Below the pieces are notes generated by a model. That model was not told the DNA's origin. It saw nothing but the letters and a program-made list of their open reading frames with translations, and searched no databases. Source: Bacteriovoracia bacterium (lineage in GTDB: Bacteria > Bdellovibrionota > Bacteriovoracia > Bacteriovoracales > Bacteriovoracaceae). From it: 42,126 nucleotides of DNA. Shown piece after piece: positions 28,380 through 37,359 of the stretch. The stretch covers positions 1 to 42,126 of the forward strand of contig JBKHVI010000020.1 of NCBI GenBank assembly GCA_046570105.1, written 5' to 3'. Within the stretch, counting starts at the first letter, position 1; every line of letters begins with the position of its first letter. The translations under genes and the position numbers were made by a program.

Positions 28380-28948
28380 GAAAAGCGCTTATCCAACATG
28401 AACTTAGAAGGATCTGCCGGAGTGATACTTCGATAGAAACTCATAATCTCGCGCATATCATTTTCAAAATGAGTTGGAACGATAATTTTGCCGATTCCGG
28501 CAATCTTCTTAGCGTAGTCCGCGTAGGCCAAAGCGATCGGAACCTGGGCTTTGTGGGCAATATGCCAGAATCCTGATTTCCATTCGGCGTTAGCGCTACG
28601 TGTACCTTCCGGAGCGATCATCAGAATTAAAGATTGGTATTGATGAAATAAATCCGCCATCAAATCCGTTGAGCTCGTCACTTCACCCGTTTTAATTTTA
28701 GATCGATCTACCCCAATGGCACCCATCGGTTTTAGCAGTAGTCCCATGGGAAAGCTCAGCCACTCTTGTTTGATCACAAAGCATGCTTTGCCACCTACTC
28801 TTTGAGCGACCGTCATGGCAGGAACAAAATCCCAATTTGAAGTGTGAGGAGCTCCCAACATGACAAATGAGTGCACATTCTCTGGAAGATTATTTACAAA
28901 CTTCCATCCCATGACGCTGAAGAGCTGGCTACATAGAAACTTAATCAT
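28376..28948 (-). CDS. PlsC-family acyltransferase
   Basis: PHTSNWD and APEGTR motifs. Confidence 0.92.
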   Translation of the reverse strand: MIKFLCSQLFSVMGWKFVNNLPENVHSFVMLGAPHTSNWDFVPAMTVAQRVGGKACFVIKQEWLSFPMGLLLKPMGAIGVDRSKIKTGEVTSSTDLMADLFHQYQSLILMIAPEGTRSANAEWKSGFWHIAHKAQVPIALAYADYAKKIAGIGKIIVPTHFENDMREIMSFYRSITPADPSKFMLDKRFS

Positions 28949-30396
28949 GCTAAAAAGCGCTCTTGTAAAAATTGTAAAAATGGCTCGCTGGAAAGTTCTC
29001 GTCCGGTGACATCTTTCATGATGGCCTGTGTATCTTTACCGCGACCATATTGATGAACGGCAGTTTTGAGCCAGGCCTGAACTTCTTTCATTTCTCCGCG
29101 TTCCACTTGCTGCATGAGCTGTGGCTTTTCTTTTAAAAGCGTCTGATAGAGCTGACAGGCAATCATGGTGCCCAATAGATAACTTGGGAAATAACCAAAT
29201 GAGCCGCTGGCCCAGTGAGAGTCTTGTAGAATGCCTTCAGCATCATTGGCCGGTGTCACGCCTAAATAGCGTGTGTAGGCTTCATTCCAGGCCTTGGGTA
29301 AATCGGCGACCTGGATTTTATTATCAAAAATGGCGCTCTCAAGTTCGAAGCGAATCATCACATGCATGCCATAGGTGACGGGATCAGATTCTGTACGAAT
29401 AAGAGACGGAGTCACCTCGCTTCCCATGCGGAAAAGCTCTTCTGCGCTCCAGCCTTCAATATGCGACGGAGCGTTCTTTTTAAACCAAGCATAAACCCAG
29501 CGATAAAATTCAGGTGAGGTTGCGAGACACACTTCCCAGAGACGAGACTGTGACTCATGGAGATCCATCCCGTTGGCCGACATATGAGGTGTGCCCGGGG
29601 ATTTTTGTGGAAGTTGTAATTCATAAAGAGCATGACCCAGTTCATGAACAGTCGAGAGTAGCGACATGAGCGGATCATTTTCATTGTAGCGAGTGGTGAT
29701 ACGCACGTCGCTGGGATGAAGTGACAAGCAGAACGGGTGAGCTGAACGAGCTTGAGTTAAATGTTCGCGCGAGAATCCCATCCAATCGACCACATCATGA
29801 CAAATCTTTTCTTGCACATCGATGGGAACGCTCCACTTTTTTCCCAGTGGCTTTTTACGTTTAGAAATCAGGTCTTGAAGCTTGGGACGAAGATCATTAA
29901 AGAGAGCAGCGACTGTCGCAGAGGTCATGCCGGGTGAATATTCTTCTAAAAGTGCATCGTAAGAATCTGCCCCCTGAGCAAGAATTTTGGCATGCTCTTT
30001 AGATAAACGAATCATTTTCTCTAAATGAGGAGCAAAGATAGTGAAGTTTTTTTCTTTTTTTGCTTCCACCCATGCTCCATGAGCGACCGCTGAAGCTTGG
30101 CTCATTTCTTCCACCAACTTTTGTGGAATCATATTTTTCTTTTTTATGTCTTTAACAGCTTTTCTAAGTGCTTCACGTTCGATGGGATCTTGGGCTTCCG
30201 CATGGGCCGCTTCAGCTGCTTTCAGATAAGTATCAGAAACACTTTTCTCATGTAACAGTCCTGCAAAATGACCTAGCGTCTCCGAGCGCCATTCCGCTGT
30301 TCCTTTTGGCATTTGGGTTTCAAAGTCCCAATACACCAAAGAATAGGCGCTTCCCAAATGAGCAATTTCGCGTGAGAGTTCAAAATAGTTTTTCAT
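28945..30396 (-). CDS. Carboxypeptidase, family M32
   Basis: HPF, DVRITTR, HELGH, HESQ, IRTESD, QDSHW and GYFPSY. ATG 30396 behind GAGG. Confidence 0.96.
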   Translation of the reverse strand: MKNYFELSREIAHLGSAYSLVYWDFETQMPKGTAEWRSETLGHFAGLLHEKSVSDTYLKAAEAAHAEAQDPIEREALRKAVKDIKKKNMIPQKLVEEMSQASAVAHGAWVEAKKEKNFTIFAPHLEKMIRLSKEHAKILAQGADSYDALLEEYSPGMTSATVAALFNDLRPKLQDLISKRKKPLGKKWSVPIDVQEKICHDVVDWMGFSREHLTQARSAHPFCLSLHPSDVRITTRYNENDPLMSLLSTVHELGHALYELQLPQKSPGTPHMSANGMDLHESQSRLWEVCLATSPEFYRWVYAWFKKNAPSHIEGWSAEELFRMGSEVTPSLIRTESDPVTYGMHVMIRFELESAIFDNKIQVADLPKAWNEAYTRYLGVTPANDAEGILQDSHWASGSFGYFPSYLLGTMIACQLYQTLLKEKPQLMQQVERGEMKEVQAWLKTAVHQYGRGKDTQAIMKDVTGRELSSEPFLQFLQERFLA

Positions 30397-30455
30397 AGGC
30401 ACTTCCTCGTATTGAAAGATATCTTACCTATGAATTTCAATTAGGAGAGAGAAAA

Positions 30456-30770
30456 ATGGCATGGATTGCATTGCTCGTTGCAGGAATATTTGAAGTGGCT
30501 TGGGCCTATTATTTGAAGGCTTCACAGGGCCTAAGTTTACTCGTGCCTAGTCTCTTGTTTTTGTTAACCCTGACAGTAAGTATGGGGCTTTTGGGATTTT
30601 CAGTGCGCAGCATTCCGCTCGGTGTCGCTTATCCCATTTGGACAGGCGTGGGGGCGGTGGGTTCAGTCATTGTTGGAACGTTGTTTTTTCATGAGCCTCT
30701 CGGGGCCTTGAAAGTTCTCTTCTTGGTGCTTATCGTCAGCGGTATCGTGGGACTGAAGGCCATCAACTAA
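30456..30770 (+). CDS. sugE: SMR-family exporter, SugE/Gdx type
   Basis: MAWIALLVAGIFEVAWA and AYPIWTGVG motifs, 104 aa. Confidence 0.85.
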   Translation: MAWIALLVAGIFEVAWAYYLKASQGLSLLVPSLLFLLTLTVSMGLLGFSVRSIPLGVAYPIWTGVGAVGSVIVGTLFFHEPLGALKVLFLVLIVSGIVGLKAIN

Positions 30771-31039
30771 TCAACGATGGCCACCAGGTCAGCAACATCA
30801 GTTGGGAGATCGTTTCCACTCTCTTCCCAGTCGAGTGCTTGGAGAGAGGCCAGTGTATCTTCCTCACGAGTATCCGGACGCAGAGTGAAGGTCAGAACAA
30901 GTACCAGGGCAGCAGTCGTGGCCAAGAGAGCAGGGGCCCATGAGCGAGCTGCTTTTGGAACTTGTGGCTGTGCCAGCGTTTTACTTATTTGCGGAGTATG
31001 CTGACGCATAAATTTATCAAGTTTATTAAAGTCATTCAT
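30767..31039 (-). CDS. Small single-TM protein, putative anti-sigma factor
   Basis: ATGA-coupled downstream of the ECF sigma factor, one TM segment. Confidence 0.6.
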   Translation of the reverse strand: MNDFNKLDKFMRQHTPQISKTLAQPQVPKAARSWAPALLATTAALVLVLTFTLRPDTREEDTLASLQALDWEESGNDLPTDVADLVAIVD

Positions 31040-31533
31040 ACATCAAATCCTTTCGCAACGAGCTTTGGTCTTAACTTTCCCTTAGCAGCAAACAATCTCG
31101 ATTTCACAGTGCCTGAGGGCACACCAAGAATTTTAGCAATCTCACTCAAGGCCAGATCATCATAGTAATGCAGCATCAAAACAACTCGGGTGTCTTCGTC
31201 TAATTCCATTAACGCCTCACGAACCGCTCGCGTTTCAGGTGTCTCTACTTCAGTTGCTTCTAGAGCATCGGGATCAAGAGCGACATAGGTTTTACCGGAA
31301 TGACTTCTGAGCCAATCGCGAGCTGTGTTGAGTGCAACGGAGTAAACCCATGTTTTAAGTGTGTTTCGAAAGGCAAAACTGGGCAGGGCTTTCCAGGCCT
31401 TAAGAAATGACTCTTGAGTAATTTCTTCGGCGACACTGCCATTACCTACAATCCCAGTTACAAAGCGCCGTACGCCTCCGGCTTGCGAGGCGTACAGTTC
31501 CTTGAAGGCATTTTCAGTTTTAGTAAGAATCAT
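31036..31533 (-). CDS. ECF RNA polymerase sigma factor
   Basis: AEEITQESFLKAW, KTWVYSVALN and EIAKILGVPSGTVKSRL. Confidence 0.95.
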   Translation of the reverse strand: MILTKTENAFKELYASQAGGVRRFVTGIVGNGSVAEEITQESFLKAWKALPSFAFRNTLKTWVYSVALNTARDWLRSHSGKTYVALDPDALEATEVETPETRAVREALMELDEDTRVVLMLHYYDDLALSEIAKILGVPSGTVKSRLFAAKGKLRPKLVAKGFDV

Positions 31534-31535
31534 AA

Positions 31536-31982
31536 TTAGTCGTTCTTTTCTCTCTTACCTTTACGGCCTTCTTTCCACTTTTTGCGCCATTCACCGCGCT
31601 TCTCTTGGAATTTAGCTATTTGCTTTTCATCTAAGAGACTGCGTATTTCCAGCATCATTTCAAATTTATCGCGCTTTCCTTGCGCCTGAATTTTCTCTAG
31701 TGCTTCAAACTTATTCACCAATTCACTCTTTGTGGCTTTGGGGTTTTTCATGGCCGCTTGAAAATCATCTCGCGCAGCTTTGACTTTTTCGCGATGACCT
31801 TCATGGGCAGCTTTTCTTTTCTCACGAATTTCTTTCATTTTTTCGAGCTGTTCATCACTTAAGCCTAATTCGGCTCGCATTTTTTCCCCACGTTTTCCTT
31901 CACCGTCACCACCTTTGCCTTTCTTGGCAAAAGCGATTGAGCTCATCAGCATCAAACTCAAAAATAAAGCTAACTGTTTCAT
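31536..31982 (-). CDS. Spy/CpxP-family periplasmic chaperone
   Basis: Start moved to ATG 31982 (AAGGAG RBS). Signal peptide plus LGLSDEQ and LLDEKQ (LTxxQ-type) repeats. Confidence 0.85.
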   Translation of the reverse strand: MKQLALFLSLMLMSSIAFAKKGKGGDGEGKRGEKMRAELGLSDEQLEKMKEIREKRKAAHEGHREKVKAARDDFQAAMKNPKATKSELVNKFEALEKIQAQGKRDKFEMMLEIRSLLDEKQIAKFQEKRGEWRKKWKEGRKGKREKND

Positions 31983-32023
31983 ATGGAACTCCTTGAAACG
32001 TCTCAAAGACGTTGTGCTTATAA

Positions 32024-32049
32024 GACGAATTATAGCGTGAAAAGGTTCA
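32024..32049 (-). promoter_or_regulatory. ECF-type promoter
   Basis: Minus strand TGAACC-N16-CGTC upstream of the Spy-ECF-anti-sigma operon. Confidence 0.7.
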
Positions 32050-32209
32050 TTCTCAGAGGGAAAACTAGTAAAAATCACTATTTGGCCGTCTAGTAGGCCG
32101 GAAGCTTTTGCCCGGAATTTCTCTCTGAATTAAGAGCTGGAATAATAGATAGGTAACGGGGTGTTCTTGGGAGGAGCATCCTTCAACGTGCTACCAAGGA
32201 AGGTGCCAC

Positions 32210-32920
32210 TTGAAGACAACTCTCATTTTTTTAGGTCTATTACTCACCTTAACCGCTTGCGATCCGAAAGAAGAAATTTGTAAAAAGCAAACTGCTCAAG
32301 CCGAAACCGCTGAAGGTAATCTTGAAACCTCTGAATCATGCGTGCCAGATGATGATGGAGGCGATGAGGTCGTGGATGTTCCACCGATTGAGGGACCTGT
32401 CGAAGGGGAAGTGCCTTTTGAAGCGACACTTTTTGGGGCAACAGTCAGTTTCACCAATTTTGATTCAGCCGATATTGATAAAGTTCAACAGGCCCTGGAG
32501 CACATTCAGCAAATTGTGCGCACAAATGAATTTCGAGAGAGAGTGTTGAAACATTCCTATCAAGGTGTTTTTCAATTCGTTGATAACAATGGACTTACCA
32601 ATGCCCAGATTTATCAAAAGCTCTTAGATGGCAGCGAAACGCTTAATCCTGCGAAAAACAATACGATGGATCTCCAGCTAGAGTTATACACCAATAATGC
32701 GACAAGCACGGTTGGTTATACATATCCCAATACGCTGAAGATCTGGATGAATACAAAGTTTTTCGATCGGTATAATTCAGCCGAAGTCGCAAGGAATGTA
32801 TTTCACGAGTGGACTCATAAACTTGGGTTTGGTCATGATTCAAGTTCAACATCGAGACGACCTTACTCAGTACCCTATGGGCTAGGATCGATCATTCAAG
32901 ACATGGCCCTTGATTTGTAA
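32210..32920 (+). CDS. Lipoprotein zinc metallopeptidase-like protein
   Basis: Lipobox LTAC, acidic linker and HEWTHKLGFGH (HExxHxxGxxH). TTG start behind AAGGAAGG. Confidence 0.85.
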   Translation: MKTTLIFLGLLLTLTACDPKEEICKKQTAQAETAEGNLETSESCVPDDDGGDEVVDVPPIEGPVEGEVPFEATLFGATVSFTNFDSADIDKVQQALEHIQQIVRTNEFRERVLKHSYQGVFQFVDNNGLTNAQIYQKLLDGSETLNPAKNNTMDLQLELYTNNATSTVGYTYPNTLKIWMNTKFFDRYNSAEVARNVFHEWTHKLGFGHDSSSTSRRPYSVPYGLGSIIQDMALDL

Positions 32921-32942
32921 TCACTTTTAAAAGAAGTTGGGT

Positions 32943-33359
32943 TTAGCCCAACTTCTTTTCTACCAGTTTAAATAAACCCATACCGACTAGCATCGCTGCA
33001 ATAAAAATGAGAATTTCTTTTTGACCACTGGCCGCCGCCACAATGCCTGGCCCCGGACAAATTCCGGCCCATCCCCAGCCAAGTCCAAAGAGTGCAGCAC
33101 CCGCTAATAGGCGCGGATCAACATCTTTGCGCGTGGGCACATGGAAATGAGTGTCGAGCAAGGGAGTTTTACGCTTACGAATTAGATAATACAGGATGGA
33201 GTGAACACTGATTGCGCCAATCATCACACCCATCAGCGCAAGATTCCATTCACCAAATAAGTCGAGAAATCCTCTTACAACATGAACTTGTGTCATTCCA
33301 CCAAAGACAAGTCCTACTGAAAAAATCAAACCGACGATAAATGAAATAAATGCTCTCAT
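32943..33359 (-). CDS. YeeE/YedE-family sulfur transporter half (DUF6691/PmpB-like)
   Basis: GMT...V.GFLD and GWGWAGICPGP motifs. Confidence 0.9.
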   Translation of the reverse strand: MRAFISFIVGLIFSVGLVFGGMTQVHVVRGFLDLFGEWNLALMGVMIGAISVHSILYYLIRKRKTPLLDTHFHVPTRKDVDPRLLAGAALFGLGWGWAGICPGPGIVAAASGQKEILIFIAAMLVGMGLFKLVEKKLG

Positions 33360-33766
33360 AGGCCACCTCGGATATATTTAAAGAGAAGAACACTGAGAAC
33401 ACCGAAACTAATAAAAGTGACAGTCGACATGATAGAGCGCACGGAGAAGCGTGAAATACCACAGACTCCGTGTCCTGAAGTACAACCATTCCCCAATAGA
33501 GTGCCAAATCCTACGAGCAGGCCTGCGATGATATAATCGATGGTCTGAGCACTGGATTTAATTTCAAATGCTTCGGGCAAAATAAATTTCAAGACGAATC
33601 CGCCAGCCAAGAGTCCGAGAATGAATGTCCCCCGCCAGAGCGTATCATTCGACTTGGGAGTGAGTGTCCCTCCGATGATTCCGCTTATCCCTGTTACGCG
33701 TCCATTGAATAAGAGCATCAGGCTGACGGCGATACCGATAATGGCGCCGCCTACGATCGAAATCAT
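33356..33766 (-). CDS. YeeE/YedE-family sulfur transporter half (PmpA-like)
   Basis: GRVTGISG and GNGCTSGHGVCG motifs. ATG 33766 is coupled to the upstream stop. Confidence 0.92.
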   Translation of the reverse strand: MISIVGGAIIGIAVSLMLLFNGRVTGISGIIGGTLTPKSNDTLWRGTFILGLLAGGFVLKFILPEAFEIKSSAQTIDYIIAGLLVGFGTLLGNGCTSGHGVCGISRFSVRSIMSTVTFISFGVLSVLLFKYIRGGL

Positions 33767-34434
33767 ACCAGTTCCTTTTGTTGCAGTGATTGAGAGAGAG
33801 AAAACCAAGATTCTTTCAAGCGAAAGGCTTTGTAGCCTCGCTCTCTTAAATAATTAACGGTAAAGGCCGAAAGTGCACACATCCTGCCACGACAATAGAC
33901 TACGATTGCTTTCTTTTTTGAAAGCTTACTAAGCTCGCTCTCGAGTTCATTTGATGGGATGTGCAAAAAGCTTTTATTTGTTGTCATGGCCGTAGCCTCA
34001 TCGCGAGGACGTACATCTAAGAAAATAATTTTTCCATCCTCAAGCATTTTGAAGCTTTCTTCTAAAGTGTGAGTCCAGTTTATGTCCCCATAAATTTGTT
34101 CCGTGGGAAGCTTTAATTCAGGATGAACTTTCTGAATAAAGTCTTGGCATTGTTCCCAAAATTCAAAGGCTGCCGGATGAAGAGAGTAGAGACGTTTTTG
34201 ACCTACGCTTTCCACACTGACGACTTTCTCATTAAGCATCTTTCTCAAATGCATCGAGGTATTAGCGATGGATTGATCAATCTTTTGTGAAAGGACTTCA
34301 ACAGTGAGGGGGGCCTGAGCAAGAAAATGCATGAGTTTAATACGCACGGGTGCGCTGAGACTGGCGAGCACATAGGCCATGCCTTCAAAGACATCGTTTT
34401 GCGAAGATTTGAGTTTTTCGAGCTTTTTGTCCAT
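33763..34434 (-). CDS. ArsR/SmtB regulator fused to a rhodanese domain
   Basis: N-terminal wHTH (SIANTSMHLRKM). C-terminal LDVRP and YCRGRMC. Confidence 0.9.
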   Translation of the reverse strand: MDKKLEKLKSSQNDVFEGMAYVLASLSAPVRIKLMHFLAQAPLTVEVLSQKIDQSIANTSMHLRKMLNEKVVSVESVGQKRLYSLHPAAFEFWEQCQDFIQKVHPELKLPTEQIYGDINWTHTLEESFKMLEDGKIIFLDVRPRDEATAMTTNKSFLHIPSNELESELSKLSKKKAIVVYCRGRMCALSAFTVNYLRERGYKAFRLKESWFSLSQSLQQKELV

Positions 34435-34469
34435 GCATAACCTCTTGTAATAACTATTATATCACTTGC

Positions 34470-34491
34470 TATTCAATTAATCAATTGAATA
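34470..34491. promoter_or_regulatory. Palindromic operator, probably for the ArsR-rhodanese regulator
   Basis: Perfect inverted repeat TATTCAATT-AATC-AATTGAATA in the divergent intergenic region. Confidence 0.75.
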
Positions 34492-34519
34492 ATTAATCAG
34501 GTGGGGCTAAACTCCGGGT

Positions 34520-35272
34520 ATGGAAATGCTGGCAGCAGGATTATTAATCGGTTTAGTCATGGGCCTGACTGGTTCAGGGGGCGCCCTCATTGCTATCCCG
34601 CTCTTCATGCATTTACAAAAAATGACATTGATTGAGGCATCGAGTTTTTCACTTATTGCTGTCGTGCTATCTGCAAGTTTCAATTTTTTCCCGCAAAGGA
34701 TGGAAGCGAATACAAAACTCGCCATCGGCCTCATTCCTTTCTCGATCGCAGGAAGTTTTTTAGCGGTACCCTTGAAAGCGGAAATATCGCCAGCCATCGT
34801 TGGGATACTTTTAGCGCTGATTGCTCTTTATAGTCTGTACAGTGTGTGGAAGCCTCAGCATCAAAATATGAATACGACTCAAATCGGTCGTCGCACACAG
34901 GTAGCAATTATTATCATTGTCGGCTTCACTTTAGGAGTGCTTACCACTTTAACTGGGCTTGGTGGGGGAGTGCTCTTGATGCCTATTTTTATCAGTATCT
35001 TTAAATTTTCACAGACAAAAGCCGTCGCCACCAGTTTAGTTGTGGTTGCGATATCGTCAATTTTTTCGATTTTATTTCAAATTCAAAAAGGACTCATTCC
35101 AGCGATTGATACTCAGACCCTCTTCCTAGCATTAGGAATTTTAATGACTGCGATCGCTCTTCAACTATCAACTAAGCTTATTTCAAAAACAGTGTTACAC
35201 AAAATGAGGCAAATCGTTTTTACTCTTGTGGTCATCGTTGCTATGAGTAAAATTGCAGGGGAATTATTATGA
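34520..35272 (+). CDS. TauE/SafE sulfite exporter family protein
   Basis: GLTGSGG and LTGLGGG repeats, AVATSL. Confidence 0.9.
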   Translation: MEMLAAGLLIGLVMGLTGSGGALIAIPLFMHLQKMTLIEASSFSLIAVVLSASFNFFPQRMEANTKLAIGLIPFSIAGSFLAVPLKAEISPAIVGILLALIALYSLYSVWKPQHQNMNTTQIGRRTQVAIIIIVGFTLGVLTTLTGLGGGVLLMPIFISIFKFSQTKAVATSLVVVAISSIFSILFQIQKGLIPAIDTQTLFLALGILMTAIALQLSTKLISKTVLHKMRQIVFTLVVIVAMSKIAGELL

Positions 35273-36144
35273 AAATCAAACATTTCTTTGACCCGGACAC
35301 CTTTACTCTCACTTACGTTGTTTCAGACGAAAAAACTAAAGATGGTGTGATCATCGATCCTGTCCTTGATATTGACCAGGCCTCCGGGACTGTAGAGGAT
35401 CGAAGTATTGAAGAAGTCATTCAATACATTAAGTCGGAAGGCATCAAGCTGCATGCCATTCTTGAAACTCATGCCCATGCCGATCACTTGTCGAGTTCAC
35501 AAGTTTTAAAACAAGTATTTCCAGAGGCGAAAATTGCCATTGGAGAAAAGATCAAAGTTGTTCAAGAAGTGTTCAAGGCGCATTTTCATATTGATTACTT
35601 GAAAGCTGACGCCTCACAGTTTGATATCCTTTTTAAAGATTTCGGGGAATACAGTTTTGGTACTTTAAAGATGAAGGCGATTCCAACTCCGGGTCACACT
35701 CCAGCGTGTATGAGTTATCAATTTGGCGATGCCGTTTTTACAGGGGACGCTATCTTTATGCCTGATTACGGAACTGGCCGCTGTGATTTCCCTAAAGGTA
35801 GTGCCAGAGACCTTTATAACTCGATATCAAAGAATCTTTATTCTTTGCCTGACTCAACACGAGTTTTCGTGGGTCATGATTATATGCCTAACGGTCGTGA
35901 GCTGAAATATGAGACCACCATAGGGGAGAGCAAAAAAAACAATATTCAACTCAAGGCGACGACTTCAGAGAGTGAGTATATTCAGTTTCGTGAAGCGCGT
36001 GATAAAACTTTGAAAGCACCTCGTCTTTTGCTTCCAAGTATTCAGGTTAATATAGATGCTGGTCATTTGCCCCCGCGTGAGGATAACGGGAAAAGTTATT
36101 TGAAACTTCCCCTCAATCCACAATTAAAAATTGGAAAGCTCTAG
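35269..36144 (+). CDS. Persulfide dioxygenase (ETHE1/Blh-like)
   Basis: [21 protein letters not shown] and GHDY motifs. Confidence 0.93.
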   Translation: MKIKHFFDPDTFTLTYVVSDEKTKDGVIIDPVLDIDQASGTVEDRSIEEVIQYIKSEGIKLHAILETHAHADHLSSSQVLKQVFPEAKIAIGEKIKVVQEVFKAHFHIDYLKADASQFDILFKDFGEYSFGTLKMKAIPTPGHTPACMSYQFGDAVFTGDAIFMPDYGTGRCDFPKGSARDLYNSISKNLYSLPDSTRVFVGHDYMPNGRELKYETTIGESKKNNIQLKATTSESEYIQFREARDKTLKAPRLLLPSIQVNIDAGHLPPREDNGKSYLKLPLNPQLKIGKL

Positions 36145-36151
36145 GAGAATT

Positions 36152-36490
36152 ATGAAATTAAAACCATTCGATCAAAGCGGTGTACCAACAGTTCGAGTTG
36201 CCAAAGAAGATGAACTCGCGGGACTGGTGTTAGTGGATGTTCGTCGTCCAGATGAATACACAGGGGAGTTGGGCCATATTGAAGGTGCTGTTTTAAAAAC
36301 CTTGGGACCTGAGCTTGAGAGTTTTCTGGCCTCGGCCAACAAAGATGCCGATACAATCTTTATCTGTCGCTCAGGGGCACGCTCAGCGAATGCCACACTG
36401 ATGGCAAAAGAGTTGGGATTTAAATCGGTCTATAATATGGAAGGCGGCATGATGTATTGGAATAGTGTAGGACTTAAAGTCGTACGCTAA
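36152..36490 (+). CDS. Single-domain rhodanese
   Basis: DVRRPDE, GHIEGA and CRSGARS. ATG 36152 behind AGGAG. Confidence 0.93.
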   Translation: MKLKPFDQSGVPTVRVAKEDELAGLVLVDVRRPDEYTGELGHIEGAVLKTLGPELESFLASANKDADTIFICRSGARSANATLMAKELGFKSVYNMEGGMMYWNSVGLKVVR

Positions 36491-37308
36491 AGAAACCAAG
36501 CATGAACGATGATCGCAATTGAAGCGGCCATCATTACTAGGCCCAGCGTTTTTTCAAGCGTCTGGGCTTTTACTTTTCCCACCACATTATTTCCTATCAA
36601 AGAGCCCGTGAAGAAAGCCGCCCCCAAGGGGAGTGCAAGATTCCAATCAAGGCGTCCTTGTTGCCAATGAGAAATGGCTGCTGTGGCACTAGTAAAGACA
36701 ATCATAAAGAGAGCGGTGGATGTCGCTCGTCTGGCGGGCATTTTGAAAATCTTCAGCATCACCGGGGTTTTAATAATCCCCCCACCAATGCCAAAGAGTC
36801 CGGCCAGGGTTCCTGAAAATAAACCAAAAAATCCAATCGCCGGAAGTCCCGCTTGATAGCTCACTCCATAAGCTTCCCGAGAAATAACTGGAGGGATTTG
36901 ATTGATCTTTTGCAGCCAACTTATTTTTCCAGAGGGAGCTTTGGCCCGAAAAATTTTAATACCCATGACAGCAACGAGCACAGCAAACATGGTTTCAAGT
37001 GGCCGCACCGGCAATACATTAATAAGTGCAGCTCCTGCAATGGCGCCAATGATCGTAGGAATCTCGAGGGAGATCCCTGCAAAATAGTCGATCTGTTTGG
37101 CGCGAGCATTATAAAATGTTGAGAGAAGAGCAGAGGGAAATAAGCAGAACGTAACGGCAGCAATCGCCGTTTTAAGTGGCACAGCAAAGGCCAGCACCAA
37201 GACAGGCACCATAAATACGCCACCACCAAGTCCCACGAGAGTGCCAAGACAGCTAAAAAAAACACCGATGGGGAGTGCTATCGCCCATTCAACAAGAGTA
37301 AGAGTCAT
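36487..37308 (-). CDS. Second TauE/SafE family protein
   Basis: GLGGG and GIGGG repeats, ATSTA. Likely ATG 37308. Confidence 0.9.
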   Translation of the reverse strand: MTLTLVEWAIALPIGVFFSCLGTLVGLGGGVFMVPVLVLAFAVPLKTAIAAVTFCLFPSALLSTFYNARAKQIDYFAGISLEIPTIIGAIAGAALINVLPVRPLETMFAVLVAVMGIKIFRAKAPSGKISWLQKINQIPPVISREAYGVSYQAGLPAIGFFGLFSGTLAGLFGIGGGIIKTPVMLKIFKMPARRATSTALFMIVFTSATAAISHWQQGRLDWNLALPLGAAFFTGSLIGNNVVGKVKAQTLEKTLGLVMMAASIAIIVHAWFL

Positions 37309-37320
37309 GTGAGGAGTATA

Positions 37321-37350
37321 AAAGAAAAAGGGCACCCTTGCGAGTGCCCT
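37321..37350 (-). terminator. Intrinsic terminator of the subtilase gene
   Basis: Minus strand AGGGCACTC-GCAA-GGGTGCCCT-TTTTCTTT. Confidence 0.88.
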
Positions 37351-37359
37351 CTCAAAGAA

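Noticed and set aside
30403..30455. Guanidine riboswitch upstream of sugE/gdx
   Set aside because: Only about 55 nt separate the divergent genes, with no paired ACGR hairpins or ykkC motif.
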